Shown here: one piece after another, positions 51,134-61,144 of the stretch
Layout of the letters: each line of letters starts with the position of its first letter
Numbering within the stretch: position 1 is the stretch's first letter
NCBI GenBank assembly: GCA_965112155.1
Contig: OZ218100.1
Reading direction: 5' to 3' (one strand)
Length of the DNA stretch: 64,000 nucleotides
From: Podarcis liolepis
Lineage: Eukaryota
The notes under the pieces: generated by a model
What the model was told of the DNA's origin: nothing
Seen by the model: the letters and a program-made list of their open reading frames with translations, nothing else
Databases searched by the model: none
Program-made: the position numbers and the translations under genes

Positions 51134-51610
51134 GCTTGCCTTCTATCACTGTGCCATTGAGAGCGTGCTCACTTATGGCTTATGTGTGTGGTACGGAAGC
51201 TGTACTACCCAGGACAGGATGGGGTTGTGCAGGGTTGTTAAGGCAGCAGAGAGCATTGTTGGCTGCCCACTCTCCACCTTAGAACAGATTTATGCCACAA
51301 GGTGCCATAGGAAGGCACTGGACATAGTAAAAGATCCATCGCATCCTGGTCACTGTCTCTTCGAGTTCTTGCCGTCGGGACGGAGATACAGGGCGATGAA
51401 GACAAGAATGAGCCGTCTTAAGAACAGCTTCTTCTCCAGAGCGATCTCGGCCCTGAATGGGAAGCCCAGACTTTGAAAGTCATCTAATCTCCCTTGCTGT
51501 ATTATATTGTATTGTTTAATTAGTGTTTTTATGGAGCAGTCAAGTAATTTCGTTGTCCCCGAAGGGGGCAATGACAATAAAGATATTATTATTATTATTA
51601 TTAAAAAATA
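51134..51610 (+). mobile_element. Rex1/Babar-clade LINE, 5'-truncated 3' end
   Basis: Stop-free frame: FYHCAIESVLTYGLCVWYGSCT...RVVKAAESIVGCPL...IVKDPSHPGHCLFEFLPSGRRYRAMKTRMSRLKNSFF; gacAATAAA plus (TAT)n tail; possible TSD AATGAATGCT/AATAAATGCT. Confidence 0.82.
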
Positions 51611-51824
51611 AATAAATGCTATAAATAAATACTCATTGACGTAGCTGCTAAGATAAAGAATTCTTTATGAACATTCAACTGCTCAGAAGTTATTAAACAA
51701 TCAGAATAAGTCTGTTGTGTTAATAGAAAACAGTACAGAAAAGGAGAAAGGGTATCACCAGCGTGTGAGAGAAAGAAAACATTGAACAGGCCATATTTGC
51801 TACTGGGCTTTTCTTTTCTTGCAG

Positions 51825-52009
51825 TTGCTTTCCGTATCTATGACATGGACAAAGATGGCTATATCTCCAATGGGGAGCTCTTCCAGGTTCTGAAGATGAT
51901 GGTTGGGAACAATCTCAAAGATACCCAGTTGCAGCAAATTGTAGACAAAACCATAATAAATGCAGATAAAGATGGTGATGGAAGAATATCATTTGAGGAA
52001 TTCTGTGCT
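51825..52009 (+). CDS. PPP3R1: Calcineurin B exon 5 (EF-hands 3-4)
   Basis: ttttcttgcag|TT GCT TTC...: [61 protein letters not shown]|gtaagt; 185 bp. Exons 1-5 sum to 465 nt, or 155 codons. Confidence 0.97.
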
Positions 52010-53275
52010 GTAAGTTCATTTTTAGTAAAGTATGTTTATATACACATTTTTCATTTTCAACTTTGCCCTTGCAGATGATGTCGTTATTTTCTAGAAAATA
52101 ACCCATTTAACTTACTCCATTGTTTTCTTCGACATTCGTCTTCAATTCTTTACAGGATAACGTATTAATTTTGCTTTAAGCCCTTCCCATTTTAAGACTC
52201 CTTATTGACTCAACTGTCCTGGCAGTTCTTTTCATTCACATCATATGGGCATTCGGAAGACTTGACATAATTATCCTCCTGCTACTAATTTGATTGCTTC
52301 ATTTATCATAGATTAAAGCTTCCCCGCCTTCAAATGTTTTAGGTCTTCAGAGATGAGAAAAATTAGGTTGGCTACAAGAATCTGTTGCAAAACTAAGTTG
52401 TAATTTCATTCTGTGCTAATTATACCCACTTGGTAATTCAGGGGTGGGCAGGCCACTTAGACTGCCCACCTGTCAATTGCCTGGTGTCATTATGACACGA
52501 GGTGAGCAATTTTTCCGCTGCAGCGTGCAAATCATACTACAAAAGGAAATACAAGCCAATTGCTGCTTGAAGTTGATGCTCAACAGCTTGATAGGCTGTG
52601 ACTCCAAGCCAGTTTCCTGTACCATGTTCCCATGGAGAACTCAGTCGTACAGCCAGTTCGATGGGCTTGAAGTCTCAACCTGTCAGCTGATAGGCAGTGG
52701 CTTTAAAGTTCCTCTTGCCCCACTATGCACACAGTCAGCTGCCTGTGGGGAACTAGCTGTCCCCAGGCTTTCTCTCACTGCTGATCAGCAAGCCTCCATT
52801 GTCAATGCGCAACTGAGAACACACTTTTAAGGCTCCCAGTTGTACACTGGCAACAATATCTCTACCTGCCCCACACTTGATTCTGTGCTTATTATACCCA
52901 CTTGGATTAATATGTTGGCAGGTGGCCATAACTGTCTTGCATACTGTTTTTGACTCATTACTTAGGGTTGTAGCCAAGGAAGCCATTGCTTCGACGGAAA
53001 GATTTCTGCTCATGCACGGAACTTTGCCTCCCTTTCCTTCAGCCCACACAAGCCCTGAAGGGTTGGGGGGAAACCCCAGAGCACATTTGGGGGTGTGCGC
53101 ACTGGAGACATGTGGGAGAGGGAGGTATCTTTGCATGAACAGAAGTTGTTCCAACGGACCTTTCTTGAGGTGAGAGTCTATTTCTGTGAAGAGCAGATCA
53201 GAATCAGTTGATTTAAATTACCAGCCGATACTCTACTGTCTTGCGAATTCTCATATAATATTCTTATATCAACAT

Positions 53276-53499
53276 NNNNNNNNNNNNNNNNNNNNNNNNN
53301 NNNNNNNNNNNNNNNNNNNNNNNNNNNNNNNNNNNNNNNNNNNNNNNNNNNNNNNNNNNNNNNNNNNNNNNNNNNNNNNNNNNNNNNNNNNNNNNNNNNN
53401 NNNNNNNNNNNNNNNNNNNNNNNNNNNNNNNNNNNNNNNNNNNNNNNNNNNNNNNNNNNNNNNNNNNNNNNNNNNNNNNNNNNNNNNNNNNNNNNNNNN
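53276..53499. other. PPP3R1: Assembly gap (224 N), inferred to contain the coding part of PPP3R1 exon 6
   Basis: No VVGGLDIHKKMVVDV-coding sequence was found between exon 5 and the gap; sequence after the gap already resembles the vertebrate PPP3R1 3' UTR. Confidence 0.85.
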
Positions 53500-55407
53500 C
53501 TCAATAACTCAAAGTGTAGCACTTTAAAGTCTGAAGGACAGCAAGATGGAAAGAGCATATCAGTGTGGTGGAGAAAGGGAAGGGGGTTGGCTTTTTAATT
53601 TATTTTTCTCATCTTTTATAACAAGAAAATATCTATCTATATATATGTGTGTATTTATATATAGATATATATGTAGCTTTCTATATGTAGTAGTTAAGTG
53701 GGCTTTAATTTAATATACTTGATTCAGAAACAAAAATAGAGTACAAAGTGCCAAGCAGAACATTAACAGTTCGATATATGGATATACATCTTTACTTTTA
53801 TGTCACACAGTTTTATATATATATAGTAGAAGAATGTAAAGTTTTAAATGGTTGTTAGGTCAACTCTTTCCTTTTTCCTGTGACTATTTCAAATATTTAT
53901 ATATTGACTGGCAGAGAAAGCATTGTTTCCTGTTAATTTCCCTAATTACATTTTTTGTAAGAGAGGAAACTGAAGTTTGTTTATATACCTGTTGATATAT
54001 TACCAGGGACTGCATCTTTGCTTGATAGCTCTCAGTACAATTCTACTTATTAGGATGAGAAAATGTAATTTAATGTTAATGCCAAGAACTAGTCCTTGTG
54101 TGCAAATAGGATTTAAAAGATTCTTATGGCCATTTCATCCCTTCACTTACTAAATGGATGCAGTTGCACATAATATACCCTTAGTAAGCATCAGCTGTGA
54201 TCCATTAAGTCTAGATAGAACAGTTGAAAGTATTTGCATTTGTTTCTCAGCACTTAGCTTAATTAAGAATTTAGGATTAACAAGACAATTGTATAGAGTT
54301 CCCATTGCACAGTGAGACTATAAAACCTTTCTTGCCATTAAGTTATGTCCCAACCATATAGATTCTTTTATGCATTTAATGTAGTAGTTCCAAGTTGCAT
54401 AAATAAACTGGTAATATTTTATATATGTGTATATAGGATTATTACGGATATTACGGGGGAAACATTAACCAATGCCATAGGGAAGGAGGAAAGCTTCACT
54501 TTATCTAAATTTATACCTCTTGTTCTTCTCCAGCATTTGGAGAGGTTTTTTTTTCTTTTCTAGATTTGTCCATATCATGACTTGTAATGGATAGTAACTT
54601 TATATGTGTGATATAAAAGTAGCGAGCCATGTTCTACAACTTTATATCATCCCTTTCCTTTTCTGCAATGGTACTATTGGCTAGAAGAAAAAACATTCAT
54701 TAGACTTTTAGGATAGCGCACCCTTTCCTGTGTAGCAGTTTTTCCTATTTAAAAGGTTTTATAATTGGCAATGGAAAGGGCAGGTTGTATGGACTTAAAT
54801 CAGCTGCCTGCCTGCCTGCCAGCCATAGCTGTTCCTTCAACTGAGTGCTGCACATCATGGGCTCTGTCTGTGAGAGAGAACTCCAGGTGCTTGGTGTCCT
54901 TGCATGACATGAAGTTTTGCATGTAGATCGATTTGAAACGTTCCTCTTGTTTACATGATTTGCATAATTTAAAACGATAATGTTGCCAAACTTTGGTAAA
55001 TGTTAAAAACAGAGAATCTCCACTACATGTAACTTTCTTCCTCTGGATCAGTCCGTGGCTTAGAATCCCAGCCAGTGGTGGTATCTGTTCCAGTGTCAAC
55101 TGCCATGTGCTCTGCTTCAAGGGGGAACTAGTCTTTTGTGAATTTTTTGTACATAAGTATTTGTTACAAACATTTTAGCAAATGCTTTCTATTTCTTAAT
55201 TGCTTGTGCATATCCTGGCTGGCGTTATAGAAAAATAGTGCTAACATTACTTTCTTATTGGGGGATGAGCTTTTTTTTTTTAGTTTGTGTGTGGAAAATG
55301 CGTTATGTTGAATGTTTAGATTTTCCTCTGCATGCTACATCATACACTGTTGGAACTATAGGAACCTTCATACTGTATGAATAAAAAATAAAATATTTGA
55401 ACTTTAC
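53500..55407 (+). other. PPP3R1: PPP3R1 3' UTR (last exon, visible part)
   Basis: TE-free AU-rich 1.9 kb. The start ctcaataactc..gtgtagcactttaaagtctgaaggacagcaa resembles the mammalian PPP3R1 3' UTR as I recall it. Ends after tandem AATAAA. Confidence 0.8.
55380..55392 (+). terminator. PPP3R1: PPP3R1 tandem polyadenylation signals
   Basis: AATAAA at 55380-55385 and 55387-55392, preceded by UGUA. Confidence 0.8.
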
Positions 55408-55567
55408 CATAGAATTGTTGAAGCTTCTATAGAACAGGCAAGTAAACGCAAAACTAAAACATTTCCCCTGATTTCAGGTTTAATATGCCAGTTATGTGTT
55501 TATGCATAAATCCCAAGCAGTATTTCACCAAATAATCAGTGACAGATATTCAGCTGCCTCAGACTTA

Positions 55568-55826
55568 CCGTATTTTTTGCTTTATAAGACTCACTTTTTC
55601 CCTCCTAAAAAGTAAGGGGAAATGTGTGTGCGTCTTATGGAGCGAATGCAGGCTGCGCAGCTATCCCAGAAGCCAGAACAGCAAGAGGGATTGCTGCTTT
55701 CACTGCGCAGCGATCCCTCTTGTTGTTCTGGCTTCTGAGATTCAGAATATTTTTTTTCTTGTTTTCCTCCTCCAAAAACTAGCTGTGTCTTGTGGTCTGG
55801 TGCGTCTTACAGAGCGAAAAATACGG
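55568..55826. mobile_element. Tc2-like MITE
   Basis: TA-CCGTATTTTTTGCTTTATAAGAC...GTCTTACAGAGCGAAAAATACGG-TA; shares segments with 12988-13468. Confidence 0.85.
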
Positions 55827-56375
55827 TACCTTCTTGGGATGCTACTGTGTTAGTCAAAACTTCCTGAACAAAACTAACTTGTAGCAAGCTGGTGGAGATA
55901 TATAAATAGTCTTACTAATAAGACAATGGGATGTAAAACCTTAATCATAGCTTCAAGTGTAATTTGGACTACAATTTAATGTACACACACCGGCCATCAA
56001 TACTGGCTTGGATGCAATGACATTCATGCATGATTAGAAAGCACTTCCTAAATGCAGAATAGGACACATTTCTCCTGAGCTACATCATATAGTAGAGTTC
56101 CAACACTCATAACTGGGCTTTTGAGTACGCAGGCCTAAAGACCAAGTTCAGCACCCATGGAAAAGCACCGTTTGCACCCCAGGGGGAACACCAATACAGG
56201 AGTGAGATCTGTACCGTACCCTCAGCATGAACCAATTCCTGTTCAGTACTACTTAAACTGTGTTCAGTAATTTACATAAAGCTTTCAGGGGGTGCGACTT
56301 TAACTGCTGCATCGACAAATTAGTTGAGGTGATGCATTCACTGTCTTGTCATTTCAAGCCCAGTATCTTTAGTAA

Positions 56376-56733
56376 GGGACGCGGGTGGCGCTGTGGGTAA
56401 AAGCCTCAGCGCCTAGGGCTTGCCGATCGAAAGGTCGGCGGTTCGAATCCCCGCGGCGGGGTGCGCTCCCGCTGCTCGGTCCCAGCACCTGCCAACCTAG
56501 CAGTTCGAAAGCACCCCCGGGTGCAAGTAGATAAATAGGGACCGCTTACCAGCGGGAAGGTAAATGGTGTTCCGTGTGCTGCGCTGGCTCGCCAGATGCA
56601 GCTTTGTCACGCTGGCCAGGTGACCCGGAAGTGTCTCTGGACAGCGCTGGCCCCCGGCCTCTTGAGTGAGATGGGCGCACAACCCCAGAGTCTGTCAAGA
56701 CTGGCCCGTACGGGCAGGGGTACCTTTACCTTT
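56376..56733 (+). mobile_element. Sauria SINE, full length, divergent subfamily
   Basis: A box TGGCGCTGTGG, B box GGTTCGAATCC (56440-56450), ACCTTT tail; flanked by CTTTAGTAA (56367-56375, 56730-56738). Confidence 0.9.
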
Positions 56734-56738
56734 AGTAA

Positions 56739-57090
56739 GGGACGCGGGTGGTGCTGTGGGTTAAACCATAGAGCCTAGGACTTGCCGATCAGAAGGTCGG
56801 CGGTTCGAATCCCTGCGACGGGGGGAGCTCCCGTTGCTCGGTCCCTGCTCCTGCCAACCTAGCAGTTTGAAAGCAAGTCAAAGTGCAAGTAGATAAATAG
56901 GTACCGCTCCGGCGGGAAGATAAACAGCATTTCCGTGCGCTGCTCTGGTTCGCCAGAAGCGGCTTAGTCATGGTGGCCACATGACCCGGAAGCTGTACAC
57001 CAGCTCCCTCGGCCAATAAAGCGAGATGAGCGCCGCAACCCCAGAGTCCTTCACGACTGGAGCTAATGGTCGGGGGGCCCTTTACCTTTA
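56739..57090 (+). mobile_element. Sauria SINE, full length, major subfamily
   Basis: GGGACGCGGGTGGTGCTGTGG...GGTTCGAATCC...ccctttaccttta. Confidence 0.92.
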
Positions 57091-57137
57091 TTATTCATAA
57101 TACTTAAGCTACCCTACAATAATTCTTCACACCCTAG

Positions 57138-57143
57138 TTTATT
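57138..57143 (-). terminator. PNO1: Candidate PNO1 polyadenylation signal
   Basis: TTTATT on + (AATAAA on -), about 470 nt after the stop codon; alternatives at 57442-57447 and 57087-57092. Confidence 0.45.
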
Positions 57144-57614
57144 GGGTGCATTGTGTCCTATTAAGAAGAGATGTAAATTAGCCATCTAATGCAGTGTTTA
57201 AAACGGTCATAGTCCGAATACAGTAAACAGACTATGGCTAGTTTCTAATTTGAGGGGTATCAGTGGTGGAGGTGAGTTTCCATGTCAACACACATCTCAC
57301 TGGTCCAACGTCTGCTACCAAACATCGCTAGGATACAAGTACTATTGTGGGATCACTGCATAGAATTATTAAATTGGACATTCACATTGAAACACTGAGG
57401 TGTTAGGCAAGTTGGCTATAGCAAAACTTTTGCTTGCCATCTTTATTACATATGCTCATCAGACAATATGTCTGCTGGAGAACAGAGTTACACTCTTTCC
57501 TACACCCATGTTGGAGCGAAGAGTTGCCAAAGGCTTTTTTTTCAGTCCCACAGTTTCTGTATACGAGTCATTGTACAGAAAATCCATTTAGCTTCAAATC
57601 CAGCATTGTTCGTC

Positions 57615-57682
57615 TTAAAACCTTTCTGCTGCTCTGCTGGCCACTGCTCTAATATTGCCATAAACCTTTGATGGAGGACTTC
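57615..57682 (-). CDS. PNO1: PNO1 exon 7 (last coding): GSPPSKVYGNIRAVASRAAERF*
   Basis: ttctacag|GA AGT CCT CCA...AGG TTT TAA on the minus strand; 68 bp. Confidence 0.95.
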
Positions 57683-58165
57683 CTGTAGAAGAAAGCAAAG
57701 TATTAGTACTGCTGATAATGAAATTCAGCACTTAATGTGTGTGCCTCTTATGGAGTGAAAGAAAATATAATTGATACCAATATTGATCTTACTAGACAAT
57801 CCTAAGACATAAGATGAATATGCACACAAAAGTCATGCTGCTAAGGAATAGGAAAAATGATTAAAAATAGATAAAACCATGAGTACTAATATATTCAAAA
57901 GAAGCAGCTTTCAAACAAGTATTTAGAGATGCGTAGCCCTGTAGATTGTAGTACAAAAGCTGCCTCTGAACCTAACTTCCTTCTGTATGGATACTAATAG
58001 TTATACCTAGCTCTTACTACCATTCCGGATTATTAAAGTCATAAGTAATTATTTCTGCTCAGAAATGTACTGTCTCGGCCATCAATAGAAGCAAGGCCAG
58101 TTAAAAGTCCTAGCCCAAAGCAGGGCTCTTTAAATCCAGATTTCCTTTTGTTAAAAGAGGCTTAC

Positions 58166-58236
58166 CTAAGATGAGGTTGCAGATTGCTGTTCGTGCCATT
58201 TTAATATTCTGGAAAGACCCTAAAATATGAACTTTC
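58166..58236 (-). CDS. PNO1: PNO1 exon 6: (S)KVHILGSFQNIKMARTAICNLIL(G)
   Basis: ttacag|G AAA GTT CAT...ATC TTA G|gtaag; 71 bp. Confidence 0.95.
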
Positions 58237-58862
58237 CTGTAATGAAAATAAGAAGTTTTACTTTACATGTGGAATGTACAGTATTTAGGAATATTTGACT
58301 AATACTTGAAAAAAATATTTTTAGTGACCCCAAAGGACCAAACAGTCTCACACTGGTAGAATCAGCACCTGACTGAACTGTGTCTCCATAAGGAGAGATT
58401 TCAGTCATCAGATGCTCAGCTCTTCCTAAATCCTAAGCATTAAAAGTAGCCATGGCATCGTACTGTCCTCATCTACTTCATTTCAGATCCACTTTGCTGC
58501 ACTGCATGATAACCACCACACCATCTACCGTAGCACACCGAGGGGGGCGGCAGCGGCAGCTGAAGAATCCATCTTAATTGGGGCTAATCCATTCTTTACT
58601 TAGTGCTGTATAATACAGCTGTTTCATGAGGAATAAATGCCACAAGAAAACATACATAGCTATTTGAAATTGTTGAGAAAATATACCTAGATTTTTCATC
58701 AGCTGCCTAATAAATGACGTAGCCAGATAGCATCTTACCGCCTATTCAGGGTCCCCTACAATCACTTTTAAAAAGTCTTGTCCAGACAGAACGTTGCATG
58801 AAAGTACACCAATTCATATTCATACCACAAAAAAATGTTATAGGCTACTGGGTTATACTTAC

Positions 58863-58980
58863 GAGTCTGCAAGAACTATTCGTGTTCTGGTCACATTTTC
58901 AATAGTGAATTTTGTTTTTCCACCTTTCCCAGCAATTCTTCCTATTGCTCTAGAAAGATGATCTCCTTTTAACGGCTTGA
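58863..58980 (-). CDS. PNO1: PNO1 exon 5: (V)[38 protein letters not shown](S), with the KH-domain GxxG loop
   Basis: ctctttag|TC AAG CCG...GCA GAC TC|gtaagt; 118 bp. Confidence 0.96.
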
Positions 58981-59492
58981 CTAAAGAGAAAAGGTCAATG
59001 TTACTTCATCGTACAATTTTTTCCAACTAGTCGTAAATAAGTTTGTTCTGGGCTTAATGAATGATATGCGTGAATGCGATGTTGCACAACTAATGCTCAG
59101 TAGCTGTGAACCAAGTTAATCTCTTGAATAGGAGATCACTTAGAACCACATGAGAATGAAATACTTTTAAATGTTTATTCCAAAATGAATAATCAAATTG
59201 AAGCAAGCTGTTTGAAATTAATAACACTTAAAACTATTAACTGTTAAAACTAAGGCTGCAAGCTTTAACAGGGAGATCAGACAACTAAAGTTAAGGACAC
59301 ACAGGCTCTGCAATCATTTTATGTGTTGTTATAAAAGTGAAGGAAAATGATATTTAAAACAGCCTTTCATTTTAATAGTGAGCAGTAGCGTTTGTTACTT
59401 AAGTGTAAGTGTTTACACATCCCTCAGTAACTGAAAAAATGCACCTATACTGAGGTTTTGAAAACACAAGACCTTAAAAATGGAAGACTCAC

Positions 59493-59553
59493 CATCTGTT
59501 ACTTCAAAGGATTCCAGAAAAAGGTCATCTAATCTGATGAGAGCAAGTGCATC
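59493..59553 (-). CDS. PNO1: PNO1 exon 4: DALALIRLDDLFLESFEVTD
   Basis: cttccag|GAT GCA CTT...ACA GAT G|gtgagt; 61 bp. Confidence 0.95.
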
Positions 59554-59839
59554 CTGGAAGAGAGTTGTGGAATTTGAAACTTCGTATAAGAAACAAAAAA
59601 ATACTTCTCAAAAAAACAGTAATCTTACAGGTCAGGCACAGGACCTAATTAGGGACAGTATGAAAATTAGAACAAAAATAGAACTGACTGGCAGCAGCTT
59701 CTGAATTTTCCTTTGCAGCATGGCTAAAATGGGTCACCTGACGTGGGTGACATCCAGTGATTGACAGTCCTGTGAAAATGGCTCACGGAGGGTTGAAGAA
59801 CCCAGGATATAAAGGGCGAGGCAATGTCACAACAGCAGG

Positions 59840-60377
59840 TGTGATGGGGACTTCTTCCTTTGCTCCCCCAATCTGTCCTATGGGGTTCTTCTGTAGCCTT
59901 CTTAGACTTTACTGACTGGTGGGGTCTGTGTTGCTCCCGGATGGGAGGAAGGAAGTCAAATGACATCAAGGTTGATTCAGAGAAAGAGTTTATTCTGCTC
60001 TCCGGATAGCAGAAGGCACTTGCGTGGTCAGCCCACAGCAAGTCCAAAGAAATGAGAAATTTCATGCAGAATATATATCCTCCAGGCACCCTCTTCCCCC
60101 CTTCCCCAGGAATCCAAGCACGTCAGCTTATACACGTAAATTGACATCCATGACCATAAACAGTTGTTCCTGTTCCAGCACTCTTGACCATAAAAGGTTG
60201 TTCCTGTTCCTATAGTCTTATCTTGGGGCAGGAGGTCACCAACTCCTGGCGCCGTTCCCGGGTCTCTTGTCAGACTTGACAAGGTCTGTGCATCTTTGTG
60301 GTCAGGATGTAAGATAAGACCCAGACGTGCCATCCCTGCTCTACTCGGAACTGGCAAGGCCACTCATTGCCATCACG
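59840..60377 (-). mobile_element. Putative solo LTR in PNO1 intron 3
   Basis: Inverted ends TGTGATGG/CCATCACG; on the minus strand a TATATAT (~60075) precedes AATAAA (59994-59989); no clear TSD. Confidence 0.4.
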
Positions 60378-61060
60378 GACTGATAAGGGAGAGGGCTTTG
60401 AGCACTGTTTATACAGCTGGGTTTTCTGTTTATACATTGACTCAAGAGCTCAAGTTAATGCATTTTAGAAATGCTCCCTTGGGGAAGGAAAGATGTGGAG
60501 TTTGGGTCCGGTTTCAGACTGACTGCACAGAAACCCATTCCTTCACCTCAACCCTTAAACAGATTTTTTGGGGGGGTTGGTGGGCATGGAGAATGCAGGA
60601 GGAAGAAGGGATGTCTCACTACCCAAAGCCCAGTGCATGGAGGACACCACAGTTGGCTATCATTTGCAGCTTTTAAAAAATACAAGTTCCACAACAGGAT
60701 TAAGGTATATTTTCAAATATTAAGGAAAACTTTCCAAAGTCAATATTAATCTGGTACTTTTGCTCCTATTTTTAAACCATCACCTTTACATCTTTGTTTT
60801 AAAAACCTGGAAACATCCACTCTGGCAAAACATATTCCCCTTTTGACTACAAAGCATCCCAAAGAAAACACCTTTAATAAATTCTAAAACAGAAATTATA
60901 CATGAAAGTCAAGCATGCAGGGATGGCTGGAACACAGCACAACAATACAAAGTCAATTTCTTCATTTGGATAATATTGTTAAATCTCCATTGTTCAAAAG
61001 ACAAAAGAAATCCTTTACCCTATGCATGCCAGAGAATCTGTTTAAAAACAAGTAACTCAC

Positions 61061-61144
61061 CTCAACTTGAAATCCAAGTAGAAAAGCTTTCACAAAATCA
61101 ACTGCTTTTGTCAAAGCACCTACATCTTTTGTTTCTTTACAAGT
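61061..61144 (-). CDS. PNO1: PNO1 exon 3: TCKETKDVGALTKAVDFVKAFLLGFQVE
   Basis: ttctcttctag|ACT TGT AAA...GTT GAG|gtgagt; 84 bp. Confidence 0.95.

Noticed and set aside
51782-52078. ORF suggesting a stand-alone two-EF-hand protein with novel ends
   Set aside because: It is PPP3R1 exon 5 read into flanking intron; canonical AG/GT sites delimit 51825-52009.
53178-53558. ORFs spanning the N-run
   Set aside because: Artefacts of unknown bases.
56376-56455. tRNA-like A/B boxes as a possible tRNA gene (also at 48520, 56739 and 11900)
   Set aside because: They are the tRNA-derived heads of SINEs, continuing into a SINE body and tail with no cloverleaf.
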